Shown: positions 63,366 to 64,000 of the stretch, one piece after another
Numbering within the stretch: the first letter of the stretch is position 1
Layout: each line of letters starts with the position of its first letter
Origin: Felis catus
Lineage: Eukaryota
Length of the DNA: 64,000 bases
Reading direction: 5' to 3'
Assembly (NCBI RefSeq): GCF_018350175.1
Contig: NC_058368.1
Location: forward strand, 212,476,001 to 212,540,000
Notes under the pieces: model-generated
What the model was told of the DNA's origin: nothing
The model's database searches: none
Seen by the model: the letters and a program-made list of their open reading frames with translations, nothing else
Made by a program: the position numbers and the translations under genes

Positions 63366-64000
63366 AGCGTGTTTGAAGGAATCTATTATAGCATTTGGGC
63401 ATTGGTTGGGTGATTTGAAGGAGGAGAGGTTTGCTCTGCATAGGGTACTGTCAGAAAGTGGGGACAATTCCATAACTGGTTTTCTCAATAAGTGGACAGG
63501 GCAGACAAAAGAGTAGGTAAAGCTGTAAGTGGTAAAGAAGCAGCAATCATTCAAATTAGCCAGGGTAGAGGGATGTTTGATATTTTATGAGTGTCACAGT
63601 GGCTGTGATTTGTCTGTGCTTAGATTGAATTATAAAGTGACATCATTTTGTCTCACACTGTCATGACCTCAGAGTGACCTTGTCTGATATTGGTATCATG
63701 TGAGACTTTTTATGTCCAGCAGGGGAATACATGGCATAGCTGTGAGCACAGGGCCAGCTTCTTAACAACAAGCTTATTAGCTGTACATGCCAAACCATTT
63801 GCCTGATTCTGATTCCTAGTTTCTTCTTTTTCACTGACCAGAAAGTTTGTTTCTAGATGTTTTAGAAGATTTATTTCTTCCAATAGTAAAGATATTTTAT
63901 TTTTAAAAAGACATTTTTAAATTTAGGGTCTTAATTATACAAGCAAATATTAAATAGGTAATAAGGTCATATTTTTAAAATCTTAAATTTCTTTCTTATG

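Overview
Repeat-rich, AT-rich mammalian DNA, almost certainly from a cat-family (felid/feliform) carnivore, judged by about 17 tRNA-derived Can-SINE (SINEC_Fc-type) copies and felid/carnivore-type LINE-1. I cannot support any host protein-coding exon or RNA gene, so the window looks intronic or intergenic. All long ORFs in the track are LINE-1 ORF1/ORF2 pieces or their antisense shadows. Main contents: a young full-length L1 on + (36069-42008), an older full-length L1 on - (18474-24894) nested in MER5 inside a MIR, several truncated L1s (one 5'-inverted), MaLR/ERVL solo LTRs, hAT and Tc2 DNA-transposon fossils, MIR/L2/CR1 remnants and microsatellites. I found no convincing new biological system. 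The best second-look items are mechanistic footprints: an 85-nt non-L1 segment inside the TSDs at the 5' end of the young L1 (candidate 5' transduction), locally templated insertions in the older L1's 5'UTR, an indel-dominated lesion pattern in the young L1, a twin-primed L1, and a tail-to-tail fused SINE hairpin. Repeat family names come from my recall of consensus sequences, not from a search; boundaries of ancient repeats are approximate.
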